Position numbers and translations under genes: made by a program. 22,952 nucleotides of DNA from Delftia acidovorans NBRC 14950 (lineage in GTDB: Bacteria > Pseudomonadota > Gammaproteobacteria > Burkholderiales > Burkholderiaceae_C): assembly GCF_001598795.1 (NCBI RefSeq), contig NZ_BCZP01000044.1:1-22952 (forward strand), written 5' to 3'. A model generated the notes under the pieces. That model had not been told where the DNA came from and made no database searches. It saw only the letters and a program-made list of their open reading frames with translations. The first letter of the stretch is position 1, and each line of letters opens with the position of its first letter. This document shows, piece by piece, positions 7,110 to 16,812 of this stretch.

Positions 7110-10100
7110 ATGCAAATGCGCAAGCGCTGGAAATGGATACCGCCACATATCAGCCACCTGCTGGATGCCCGCCATGGAGAAGTCCTGGCACCCATCAGGT
7201 CGGAGCTTTTTGGCTGCGCACACTTTGAACAGTATGGGATGACCCTGGGGGGCGCGCATGCCGTGGGCCGCCCCCGTTTTGGCCAGGCGACGTTCTATCC
7301 ACGTCTTGAAAACAATCTCAGATCCCTGCGCACCTCATTCAGGTACATCGCCGGCCTGCACCAGGAGGGCCATGAGCTGGGATCTGGCGCAGAGTGGCTT
7401 TTCGACAATTTCCACCTGATCGAGGATCAGTTGCGGGAGATCAGCGAAGGCCTTTCCATCCGCTACTACCGCTCGCTGCCCGTCTTGCAGGAGGCCCCCC
7501 TCACAGGCCTTCCACGCATCTACCAGGTGGCATGGTCCTTTGTCGCCCACACCGATGGTGCCTTCGATGAATCGCTATTGACCTGTTTTCTTGACGCATA
7601 CCAGAGCAAGAGCGAACTCAGCCAGGGTGAGCTCTGGGCGCTGCCCACCACGCTGCGGGTGATTCTGGTCGAGAATTTGAGGCGCCTGGCGGAGCGGATT
7701 GCGTGCCAGGCGGCGGCCAAGGAGGTGGCTACCCTGGCTGCGGGCCATATCGACAGGCTCGATGCCGCCGGCTTCCACGAAATCCACCGCTTGATGCAAT
7801 TGCGCGGTGTAGGCCAGGTCTTCCTGTCCCATCTGGCGCAAACACTCTTTGGGCATCGCTCGGTCTTCAGCGACGGCGCGTACATGCAGATCGAAGAGTG
7901 GCTGCGCAGTGCAGTGCCCGATCTGGCGGCACTGCAGGTGCAGCAGCATGCCGACAGCGCGGCCGACCACCTGAGCGTGGGCAATGCGGTGGCCTCGCTG
8001 CGGCTGGTGGGCGCCGGGGACTGGCCCGGTATCGTGGGCAGGACCAGCCTGGTCGTGCGCGCACTGCAGGCCTCGCCCGTTTTCCTGGCCGAGGACGATG
8101 CCAGCCGCAACACTACGCTGCATGGCATAGAGCGCCTGGCCGCGCGCAGCCCTGATCGCTCCGAGGCCGCCGTGGCCAGGGCCCTCATCCGGTTGATGGG
8201 CCAGTCGCAGGGCGCAGCCCAACTGGCCGGGTACTGGCTGCAGGGCGAGGGACGCGCCCAACTGGAGGACATGTTCGGCGCGCGACGGCCCCTGTCGGAC
8301 CGCTGGTATGCCATCCTCCTGCTGTCGCGCACGGTCACCTACATCGGCGCCGTTGTGGCAGCTTCGCTGGCCCTGGTGGCATGGATGCTGCACCTCAACG
8401 GCGCAGGCAATGCCGCCGCGATGCAGGGTCCGCTGGGTCCCCTGGGCCCGCTGGACGCATGGGTGGGCCATGCAGGCCTGGCCCTGCTGGGACTGCTCAT
8501 GTTTTTCCCGGCCTCCGAGGCGGTTTTGGCCCTGGTGAACCGGCTCATATGCGAGTCCGCCACTCCAGCGCATCTGCCGCGCTTTCTCTTGAAGGAGGGG
8601 ATCGGCCCCTCGGCGCGCACCCTGGTCGTCATTCCTGCGCTGCTGAGCAAGCCTGCTGCCATCTCCGAACTGGCACACCGCCTGCTGTTGCACTATCTCG
8701 CCAATCCGGAGCACTGTGTCCATTTCGCGCTGCTGAGCGATTGGGCGGATGCGGACCGGCAGGGCACGGCCGACGATGAGCCGCTGCTCGCGCAGGCACG
8801 CGAACAGATACAGGCGCTCAACCTGCGCTACCCCGCCGGGGAGGGCCAGGCCCAGCGCTTTTTGCTGCTGCACCGCCCCCGGTCCTTCAGCGCGACGCAG
8901 GGCCTGTGGATGGGCTGGGAGCGCAAGCGCGGCAAGCTCGAGCAACTGGTGACGGCGCTGGCGACGGAAATGCCGGCCCCCTTCCTGGAGATGGGCGTGC
9001 TGTCCGACCTGCCTGCCGGCGTGCGCTATGTGCTGACGCTGGACAGCGACACCGAACTGCCGCCGGGCCAGGTCAGGGCCTTGGTGGGCATCGCCGAGCA
9101 CCCGCACAACCAGCCCGAACTGGATGCCACCGGGCGCAAGGTCATACGCGGCTACGGCATCCTGCAGCCGCACGTGGTGGCACCCTTGCCGCAGACGCGG
9201 CAAACCTCTGCCTGGCAGTGGCTTTTTTCCGGACAGCGGGGCATGGACCCCTACAGCGCAGCCACTTCGGATGTGTACCAGGACCTCTTTGGAGAAGGCA
9301 GTTTCATCGGCAAGGGCCTTCTCCATGTGCAGGCCCTGCACACCGTGCTGTCGCAGCGCCTGCCCGAGGACCGCATCCTCAGCCATGACCTGCTGGAAGG
9401 CTCGCTGGCCCGCTGCGCGGCGATCTCCGATGTGACCGTGATGGAGTCGGACCCGCTGCACAGCGACACGGCAGCAGCCCGGCTGCATCGCTGGGTGCGC
9501 GGGGACTGGCAATTGCTGCCCGTGCTGTGGCACGGCAGATACTGGCAACTGGCGGTCATCCACCGATGGAAGCTGTTCGACAACCTGCGCCGCTCCCTGG
9601 TTGCGCCCGTGTCGCTGTTGCTGATCGTGCTGTCCATGGCAGGACATGGCCTGGCCCTGCCTTTGTCCCTGGCACTGGCGGCGGCGGCCTGCATCACCGG
9701 GCCGTTGATAGGCGCCATCGCCGGTGCCCTTCCGCACCATGCGCGATTCGTGGGCAGCCGCTTCGCCCTGCAGTGCGCAAGGCAGTTGCTGCAGGTGGCA
9801 CTGTCCGGCGCGTGGTACCTGGCGCAACTGCTGCCGCAGGCCATGCTCCAAGCGGATGCCGTGGCCCGCACGCTGTACCGCATGGCCGTAAGCAAAAGGC
9901 ATCTGCTGGAATGGACCACCGCCGAAGCATCCCATGCCGCCATCCGGCCCGGCTGGGCGCCGGCCTTGTCAAGGCACTGGCACAGCACCGTGCTCGCGCT
10001 TGCGCTGCTGGCGGCCCTGTGGCTGCTGCCCGCCCCGCTGCCAGCCGCGGCATGGCTGCTGCTGTCCGCCTGGGTTTTCACCCCGGCCCTGGTCTGGCTG

Positions 10101-13100
10101 TGCAATGCCCCGTGGCGGGCCCCTTTCAGCCATGCAGGGCTGCAGACCACAGACCGCGAACTGCTGCAGGACATTGCGCGTGACACCTGGCGGCTTTTCG
10201 AGCGCTGCGTGGGCGACGGCGACAACCACCTGCCCCCGGACAACCTTCAGACGGCGCCGTTCGAGGTGCTCGCCCACCGGACCTCTCCCACCAACATCGG
10301 CCTTTATCTGCTCAGCGCCGCCTGTGCGCGGCAGTTCGGCTGGATCGGCACCCAGGATCTGCTGATGCGCCTGGAAGCGACCTCGGCCACGCTGGCCAGG
10401 ATGGAGCGCCACAACGGCCACTTCCTCAACTGGTATGACACCCAGAGCCTGCAGCCGCTGCTGCCTCGCTATGTCTCCACCGTGGACAGCGGCAACCTGG
10501 GAGCCCATCTGCTTGCCGTATCCCGCGCCTGCCTTGAGCTGGCCCGCGCCCCGCTGGATCCTGCGGCCAGCCAGCAGGCGATCCATGCGGCCAGGCGCCG
10601 GTTGAAACCCTGCCTGGCGGGCGCAGCGCGCCTGTTGCAGCGCCCGCTGCAGCAGACGGCTATCGGCCAATTGCTGGACAGCCCCCTGGCCGATCCCGCA
10701 GACATATCGGCCCAGATGATGCTGCAGGGATTGCTGCGCGACGCCTTTGCGGAGCTTCACGCGCTCGATCTGCCGGAACCTGGGGCCGTGGCCGACACCC
10801 CGCCCGGGCCGCAGGACCCCTTGCCATGGCTGCTGGCCGACCTGCTGGCCACCCTGCAGTCGGCGGCCCTGGACGTCAGCGCCGTCGGCGCGGGGCAGCA
10901 AGATGCGATCTCCCTGCGCCTGCGGACGATGGCCCACACCCTGGAGCAGCTGGCGTGGGATGCGGATTTCCGTTTCCTGCTCGACCCGCGGCGGCAATTG
11001 CTGCACATAGGCTACCGGCTCGAGGAGCAGCAACTCGACGCATCGTTCTACGACCTGCTGGCCTCCGAGTCCCGCACCACCAGCTTGCTGGCCATTGCCA
11101 AGGGCGACCTTCCCGCCAGGCACTGGAAGGCGTTGGGCCGGCCGTTCTTCGCCCATGGGCGCAACGCGATTTTGCGGTCCTGGTCGGGGTCCATGTTCGA
11201 GTATCTGATGCCTTCGCTGGTGGCAGTGGAGCCAGCGGGCAGCGCGCTGGACGAGGCCAACCGCTGCGCACTGCGCGAACAGATGGCTTTTGCCAAGGGC
11301 CTGGGCATTCCCTGGGGCATGTCGGAAAGCGCCTATGCGGCGCGCGACCAGTCGCTGGCCTACCAGTACGCATCCCAGGGAGTGCCCTGCCTGGCACTGC
11401 GCCGCACGCCGATGGCAGAGAAAGTCATCGCCCCCTATGCCACGGCGCTGGCCTGCCAGGTGGCTGCGGTACCTGCGTGCGCGAACTTCCGCGCGCTGGC
11501 CGCCCTGGCTGCGCGCGGGCGCTATGGCTTCTACGAGGCCCTGGACTTTTCTGCCGCACGGCAAATCCATGGCGGAAGGTTCACGCTCGTCAGCACCTAC
11601 ATGGCCCATCACCAGGGCATGACCATCGTGGCCCTGGCCAATGTGCTGCTGCAAGGGGTTGCACAGCGCTGGGGCTCTGACCACCCCCGCATCCAGGCCA
11701 TGTCCACGCTGCTGCAGGAGCGCACCCCCCGCGAGCTTGCAGGCCTGAGGCCCGGCGCGCTGGCCGCACCCTTTTTGCATGCCCAGTCCCGACGGCCTGC
11801 CAACGCGATCCGCACCGTCGTCCCGGGGGCCCGGGCCCTGGAGCCGACCCTCTTGCTGAGCAATGGGCGTTACAGCGTTGCATTGCGCGCCAACGGAGCC
11901 GGATGGAGCCGCCTGGGCAACACCCACATCACGCGTTGGCGCGATGACCTGCTGCGCGATGCGCACGGGAGCTTTGTCTACCTGCGAACGGACCGGGACA
12001 GCGCCCCGGTGTCCGTGACCCGCAGCCCGGCACCCGATCCGCAGGCGGCCTACACCAGCACGTTCCACCCGGACCGCATGTGCTTCGATGCCCGCTGGCC
12101 GCAATGGCGTGTGCGCACCACGGTCTGGATCAGCCCTGAAGACGATATCGAGCTGCGCAAGGTCGTGCTGAACAACCTGGGTAACCTGCCCATGGACGTG
12201 GAGCTGATATCGGCCATGGAGGTGGTCCTGGCCGGCGCGGGCGCGGACGAGGCCCACCCGGCGTTCTCCAGCATGTTCGTGAAGGCGCAGTGGCTGGCGC
12301 AGCAGCAGGGCATGCGTTTTGAGCGGGTTGCCCGCCACAAGGAGGAGAAGGTGGTGCAGATGGCCCATTTCGTGGCCGGCACGCAAGGGGAGGTCCTGGG
12401 CCTGCGCTACCAGAGCGATCGGGCGAAATGGGCCGGCCGCAATCACGCGGCCAGCCAGCCGCAGGCGTGCCTGGAGCCCGCACCGGGTGAAGCTGTCGCG
12501 CTGGACACCGGCCTGGATCCCGTCGCCGTGCTGGGTGTGCGCATGCGCGTGGGCCCTGGCGGACAAGTGAGCGTGGTGTTTGCGACGGCTGCCTGCGACA
12601 GTGCCAGCACCCTCATGGCCATCCTGGACAAGTACCGCCAGCCCAGCTATGTGGAGCGCACCTCCGTGATCTCCGCCACCTTGGCGCAGGGCCAGGATGC
12701 CCTGCAGCACCGGCCCCGGCCCGAGTACCTGCCGGCACTGCAACTTCTGGGCACGGCGCTGATGTTCACCCTGCCCAAGCTGCAGCCCGGCCTGCACCCG
12801 CATCGCGCAGGCGCCGTCCGCCTGCCGCAGATCCAGGACCGGCGCGTGCTGTGGCAGTTGGGCCTTTCGGGCGACAGGCCGATCATCGTGGTGAGTGCCG
12901 CGGCGCCCCAAGGCCTGGGCCTGCTGCGCATACTGGGACAGGCCCTGGGCGAATGGTCGCGTGCCGGCGTGGCCTGCGACCTGGTCGTGCTCAGCAGCGA
13001 GTTCCACTCCTACTACATGCCGGTGCAGGCCGAGCTGAACGCCATCGGCGAACAGCATGAGGCGGCCGGCAACGCCCGCCCAGGGCTCAGCACGACAGGC

Positions 13101-15794
13101 TTTCATGTCCTGGGCCAGGATACGCTCACCCCCGCGCAGGCAGCCTGCCTGGAGCGCCTGGCATGTGTGCGCCTGCATGCCGATGGCCGTGCATTGCTGC
13201 AACAGATCCATGCCTGGAGCGAGCAGTTCGAGGCCCAGGCCAGCCGGCGACGCACAGCGCATCTGCCTCAGAAAATACCGGTCCAGCCAAGCCGGGGCTC
13301 GGCTGTCCCCGCATCGACCGGACAGTTCCTCGGCGACCGTGGCCACTTCCAATTCGATGTCAGCGCATCCCGGCGTCCGGGCAGGCCGTGGATCAACGTC
13401 CTGGCCAACCCGGGCTTCGGAGGGCAGATATCCGAAAGCGGCGCAGGCAATACCTGGGCGATCAACAGCCGGCTCAATCAGGTCACGGCCTGGTCCAATG
13501 ATCCCGTCTGCGACATGCCGTCCGAGTGGTTTTTTCTCCAGAACCGGCGCACACGCGAGACATGGAGCGTGGCCCCCAGCGCCTGGGGGCATGCCCAGGC
13601 CCGCTACAGCGTGGTGCATGGCCAGGGCTTCACTGAAATCGCCCACCGCCACGGCGACCTGGGCATCCGTGCGCGCTGGTGCGTGGACATCAGGACGGCC
13701 GTCAAGCAAGTGCGCATCACCGTGGTCAACCATGGCAACTCCAAGATGCACCTGAGGATGGCGGGCATGGTGGAGTGGATGCTGGGCGAGCGCCGGGCCG
13801 ACCGCGCCACGCTGGAGACCATGGCCCTGTGGGCACCGGCGCCCGACAAGCGCTTTCTGGGCCTGCTATGCACCCAGACCGAGGCTGCGGGCGGCTTTGG
13901 CGGCGGCACGGCTTTCTTCTGCGAATCGCATGCCGGCGAAGGCACCCTCGCGGGAAAGCACGACAGCCTTGACTGGACCTGCGACCGCAGCGAGTTCTTT
14001 GCATCCGACGGACATTTGCAGTTCCCGGCACAGCTGGGGCAGCGCAGCGGATACGGGCTCGAACCCTGCGCAGCCCTGTCGCGCCTGGCCACGCTTCGGC
14101 CCGGCGTGACCTGGGAGCAGACCTATCTGATCGGCCATGCAACGAGTCCCGATGCGGCGCGCCAGTTGCTGGAGCAAGCCACCGTCCTGGCCCCCCAGGC
14201 ACGAGAACAGGCCAACAGCGACTACTGGGATGGCCTGCTCCAGGCCACGCAGATCCACACGCCCGATCCGCTGATGGACGTGCTTGTGAACCGCTGGCTG
14301 CCCTACCAGACGGTCTCCTCGCGGCTGTGGTCCAAGGCCGGTTTCTACCAGGCGGGAGGCGCCACCGGTTACCGCGACCAATTGCAGGACGCCATGGCGC
14401 TTGTCTGGGCCGATCCCGGCGTGCTGCGGCAACAGATCACGCTGTGCGCCTCACGGCAATTCCTCGAAGGGGACGTGCAGCACTGGTGGCATGCGCCTGC
14501 GGGTGCCGGCGTGCGCACCCGCTGCAGCGACGACCTGCTGTGGCTGCCCTTCGCCTGCTCGCACTATCTCCAGGCCACTGGCGACACGGCGCTGCTGCAG
14601 CAGCAGGTTCCGTTCCTGGAGGCGCCCGCCATTGCCGACGGCGTGGACGACGTCTACGAAACACCGGGCATCAGCGAAGTTTCGGCTTCGGTCTACGAGC
14701 ATGCGGCGCGCGCCATCGACCGCAGCCTTGCCGTGGGCGTGCACGGCCTGCCCCTGATGGGCGCAGGAGACTGGAACGATGGCATGAGCGCTGTTGGTCA
14801 CCAAGGCCGGGGCGAATCGGTATGGCTCGCCTGGTTCCTGTGCGCCATCGTCACGGACTGGATACCGCTGGCACGCGGCTGCGGCGACGAAGCACGCGCC
14901 GACGCCTGGCAGACAGCCCTGGCCGGCTGGCGCCAGGCCCTGGATGTTGCGGGCTGGGATGGGCGCTGGTACCGGCGGGCGTTCTTCGATGACGGCACGG
15001 TGCTGGGCTCGGCCCGGCAGCCCGAGGCGCGCATCGATCTGATTGCGCAGGCCTGGTCGGTCCTGGTCACCACGGCAGGCACATCGCGCCCGCGCATTGC
15101 CATGGAAGCGGTGGACACGGAGCTGGTCCAGCCCGATACAGGCCTGATCCCGCTGCTGGCACCGCCCCTGGTCCATGGCCTTCCGCATGCGGGCTACATC
15201 CAGGCCTACCCGGCAGGGGTGCGGGAAAACGGCGGGCAGTACACCCATGCCGGAGCGTGGGCCGTGATGGCCGCCGCTTCGCTGGCCCTGCGCCAGGCGG
15301 CGCATGCCACCGCCACCGGCAGCGAGCGCCTTCAGGACACACCCTACCGGTACTTCACCTACCTGAGTCCGGCCCATCGCGCCAGCCATCCCGTATGGGG
15401 CAGCCATTACGCCATCGAGCCTTACGCCATGGCAGCAGACGTATACACCCAGCCCCCTTTTGTCGGACGGGGCGGATGGAGCTGGTACACGGGCTCGGCT
15501 GCATGGATGCATCGCGCCGCGGTGGAATCCATCCTGGGGCTGCACATCCACGCCGGGGAACTGTTCTTCACCCCTTGCCTTCCTTCCCATTGGCCCCAGG
15601 CCGAACTGGTATTGAAACGGGAGGGCCGCAGCATGCGCTTTCTCCTGGTTCGCGGCAGCACCGACGCGCTGGCGGCCAGGTGTGCCGTGGAGGGTGCAGT
15701 GATGCTGCAGGTATCGCAGAGGCTGCGCTGGACAGAGCTGGCAGCGCACAGCTGCTTTGTCATCCCTTTGCAAGAGGCCGCGATCGGGACCTAG
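7110..15794 (+). CDS. ndvB: Cyclic beta-1,2-glucan synthase (NdvB/ChvB/Cgs type): membrane GT84 glycosyltransferase, central domain and C-terminal GH94 phosphorylase-like domain
   Basis: Single 2894-aa ORF. GT84-type motifs are GWERKRGKL, LTLDSDTELPPG (about nt 9034-9069) and HRWVRGDWQ (about nt 9486-9512). Several hydrophobic segments are present. The C-terminal region carries GGATGYRDQLQD (about nt 14355-14390) and GAGDWNDGMS, typical of GH94-like (alpha/alpha)6 phosphorylases. Length matches known Cgs/NdvB proteins of roughly 2800-2900 aa, from memory. Confidence 0.92.
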   Translation: MQMRKRWKWIPPHISHLLDARHGEVLAPIRSELFGCAHFEQYGMTLGGAHAVGRPRFGQATFYPRLENNLRSLRTSFRYIAGLHQEGHELGSGAEWLFDNFHLIEDQLREISEGLSIRYYRSLPVLQEAPLTGLPRIYQVAWSFVAHTDGAFDESLLTCFLDAYQSKSELSQGELWALPTTLRVILVENLRRLAERIACQAAAKEVATLAAGHIDRLDAAGFHEIHRLMQLRGVGQVFLSHLAQTLFGHRSVFSDGAYMQIEEWLRSAVPDLAALQVQQHADSAADHLSVGNAVASLRLVGAGDWPGIVGRTSLVVRALQASPVFLAEDDASRNTTLHGIERLAARSPDRSEAAVARALIRLMGQSQGAAQLAGYWLQGEGRAQLEDMFGARRPLSDRWYAILLLSRTVTYIGAVVAASLALVAWMLHLNGAGNAAAMQGPLGPLGPLDAWVGHAGLALLGLLMFFPASEAVLALVNRLICESATPAHLPRFLLKEGIGPSARTLVVIPALLSKPAAISELAHRLLLHYLANPEHCVHFALLSDWADADRQGTADDEPLLAQAREQIQALNLRYPAGEGQAQRFLLLHRPRSFSATQGLWMGWERKRGKLEQLVTALATEMPAPFLEMGVLSDLPAGVRYVLTLDSDTELPPGQVRALVGIAEHPHNQPELDATGRKVIRGYGILQPHVVAPLPQTRQTSAWQWLFSGQRGMDPYSAATSDVYQDLFGEGSFIGKGLLHVQALHTVLSQRLPEDRILSHDLLEGSLARCAAISDVTVMESDPLHSDTAAARLHRWVRGDWQLLPVLWHGRYWQLAVIHRWKLFDNLRRSLVAPVSLLLIVLSMAGHGLALPLSLALAAAACITGPLIGAIAGALPHHARFVGSRFALQCARQLLQVALSGAWYLAQLLPQAMLQADAVARTLYRMAVSKRHLLEWTTAEASHAAIRPGWAPALSRHWHSTVLALALLAALWLLPAPLPAAAWLLLSAWVFTPALVWLCNAPWRAPFSHAGLQTTDRELLQDIARDTWRLFERCVGDGDNHLPPDNLQTAPFEVLAHRTSPTNIGLYLLSAACARQFGWIGTQDLLMRLEATSATLARMERHNGHFLNWYDTQSLQPLLPRYVSTVDSGNLGAHLLAVSRACLELARAPLDPAASQQAIHAARRRLKPCLAGAARLLQRPLQQTAIGQLLDSPLADPADISAQMMLQGLLRDAFAELHALDLPEPGAVADTPPGPQDPLPWLLADLLATLQSAALDVSAVGAGQQDAISLRLRTMAHTLEQLAWDADFRFLLDPRRQLLHIGYRLEEQQLDASFYDLLASESRTTSLLAIAKGDLPARHWKALGRPFFAHGRNAILRSWSGSMFEYLMPSLVAVEPAGSALDEANRCALREQMAFAKGLGIPWGMSESAYAARDQSLAYQYASQGVPCLALRRTPMAEKVIAPYATALACQVAAVPACANFRALAALAARGRYGFYEALDFSAARQIHGGRFTLVSTYMAHHQGMTIVALANVLLQGVAQRWGSDHPRIQAMSTLLQERTPRELAGLRPGALAAPFLHAQSRRPANAIRTVVPGARALEPTLLLSNGRYSVALRANGAGWSRLGNTHITRWRDDLLRDAHGSFVYLRTDRDSAPVSVTRSPAPDPQAAYTSTFHPDRMCFDARWPQWRVRTTVWISPEDDIELRKVVLNNLGNLPMDVELISAMEVVLAGAGADEAHPAFSSMFVKAQWLAQQQGMRFERVARHKEEKVVQMAHFVAGTQGEVLGLRYQSDRAKWAGRNHAASQPQACLEPAPGEAVALDTGLDPVAVLGVRMRVGPGGQVSVVFATAACDSASTLMAILDKYRQPSYVERTSVISATLAQGQDALQHRPRPEYLPALQLLGTALMFTLPKLQPGLHPHRAGAVRLPQIQDRRVLWQLGLSGDRPIIVVSAAAPQGLGLLRILGQALGEWSRAGVACDLVVLSSEFHSYYMPVQAELNAIGEQHEAAGNARPGLSTTGFHVLGQDTLTPAQAACLERLACVRLHADGRALLQQIHAWSEQFEAQASRRRTAHLPQKIPVQPSRGSAVPASTGQFLGDRGHFQFDVSASRRPGRPWINVLANPGFGGQISESGAGNTWAINSRLNQVTAWSNDPVCDMPSEWFFLQNRRTRETWSVAPSAWGHAQARYSVVHGQGFTEIAHRHGDLGIRARWCVDIRTAVKQVRITVVNHGNSKMHLRMAGMVEWMLGERRADRATLETMALWAPAPDKRFLGLLCTQTEAAGGFGGGTAFFCESHAGEGTLAGKHDSLDWTCDRSEFFASDGHLQFPAQLGQRSGYGLEPCAALSRLATLRPGVTWEQTYLIGHATSPDAARQLLEQATVLAPQAREQANSDYWDGLLQATQIHTPDPLMDVLVNRWLPYQTVSSRLWSKAGFYQAGGATGYRDQLQDAMALVWADPGVLRQQITLCASRQFLEGDVQHWWHAPAGAGVRTRCSDDLLWLPFACSHYLQATGDTALLQQQVPFLEAPAIADGVDDVYETPGISEVSASVYEHAARAIDRSLAVGVHGLPLMGAGDWNDGMSAVGHQGRGESVWLAWFLCAIVTDWIPLARGCGDEARADAWQTALAGWRQALDVAGWDGRWYRRAFFDDGTVLGSARQPEARIDLIAQAWSVLVTTAGTSRPRIAMEAVDTELVQPDTGLIPLLAPPLVHGLPHAGYIQAYPAGVRENGGQYTHAGAWAVMAAASLALRQAAHATATGSERLQDTPYRYFTYLSPAHRASHPVWGSHYAIEPYAMAADVYTQPPFVGRGGWSWYTGSAAWMHRAAVESILGLHIHAGELFFTPCLPSHWPQAELVLKREGRSMRFLLVRGSTDALAARCAVEGAVMLQVSQRLRWTELAAHSCFVIPLQEAAIGT

Positions 15795-16510
15795 CAAGCC
15801 GTGATGTCCGGCAGCAACCGGTCGTACTCTTTTCTCACCACCGCATAGCACTCGCAGGAGCGCTGCTCCAGGCCCGTACGGTCCAGCACACTGATGCGGC
15901 CACGCGAATAGCGGATGATCTCGGCGCGCTGCAGCTTCAGCGCGGCCTCGGTCACTCCCTCGCGGCGGACTCCGAGCATGTTGGAGATCAGCTCCTGCGT
16001 CATCACCAGGTCCGTGCCCTGGAGCCGGTCCAGGCTCAGCAGCAACCAGCGGCAAAGCTGCTGGTCAAGTGAATGGTGACGGTTGCAGACGGCGGTCTGG
16101 GCCATCTGGGTGATCAACGCCTGCGTGTAGCGCAGCAACAGGTGAAGAACCGGGCCACCGCGCTCGAACTCCGCCTGCATGGCACCGACCTTCAGCCGAT
16201 AGCCCCTGCCGGCGCTTTGCACGACCGCCCTGCTGGTCGTGGACCCTCCGCCCATGAAGAGGGAAATGCCCACAATCCCTTCGTTGCCCACCACCGCGAT
16301 CTCCGCCGACGCACCGTTCTCCATCACGTACAGCAGGGAGACGATCGCCGTCGTGGGAAAGTACACGTGACTCATGACCCGGCCCGCTTCATACAGCACC
16401 TGGCCCAGGGCAAGCTCCACGGGCTCCAGCGCAGGCTCCCACCGCTGCCATGGCTCGGGTGGCAAGGAGTCGAGCAAATGATTGCCGGTGGACGCGGCGC
16501 AAGAGGGCAT
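15791..16510 (-). CDS. Crp/Fnr-family transcriptional regulator, paralogue of the 4399-5133 gene
   Basis: Internal ATG (cat at 16508-16510) gives MPSCAASTGNHLLDSLPPEPW.... Motifs HVYFPTTAIVSLLYV, VGNEGIVG and RWLLLSLDRLQGTDLVMTQELISNMLGVRREGVTEAALKLQRAEIIRYSRGRISVLDRTGLEQRSCECY. The longer track start at 16666 adds an Arg/Cys-rich tail that looks non-coding. Confidence 0.85.
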   Translation of the reverse strand: MPSCAASTGNHLLDSLPPEPWQRWEPALEPVELALGQVLYEAGRVMSHVYFPTTAIVSLLYVMENGASAEIAVVGNEGIVGISLFMGGGSTTSRAVVQSAGRGYRLKVGAMQAEFERGGPVLHLLLRYTQALITQMAQTAVCNRHHSLDQQLCRWLLLSLDRLQGTDLVMTQELISNMLGVRREGVTEAALKLQRAEIIRYSRGRISVLDRTGLEQRSCECYAVVRKEYDRLLPDITAC

Positions 16511-16812
16511 AAAGGCAATTCCAGTGCAGTCATCCCGGCACTTCAAGAGAGTCTGGAGGCAGCAGAAATGACGCTCTTGCATCTTACGGGCCAGGCCCAC
16601 CAGCTCTGTGCGGTACCGCACATACCGGCAGTGGCATCTGTGCCTGGCCCTGCGGGACCCCCGCATCCAGAAAGCCCCCCGAAAACCCTTGTGCCGCCAC
16701 GCTTACAACATAATCTGTCCGCGGCCGGTTTGACTACATCCCATCACCTTGACCAGGAACACAGTGGACTTTCAGGAGCCATCTTGGCTTTTGAAGACCA
16801 TAGGAGTTTCAC

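Noticed and set aside
8427-8453. Imperfect 9-bp x3 tandem repeat encoding GPLGPLGPL within ndvB.
   Set aside because: It is in frame, only three units long and has synonymous differences between units. It looks like a short loop insertion rather than a contingency locus or CRISPR-like repeat.
7575-13751. Very long antisense ORFs inside ndvB (7575-9935, 786 aa; 9969-13751, 1260 aa).
   Set aside because: Their translations are low-complexity Arg/Gly/Ala/Pro/Gln-rich strings with no motifs. Such ORFs are expected opposite a GC3-rich gene because stop codons are rare. The plus-strand frame carries unmistakable GT84/GH94 motifs.
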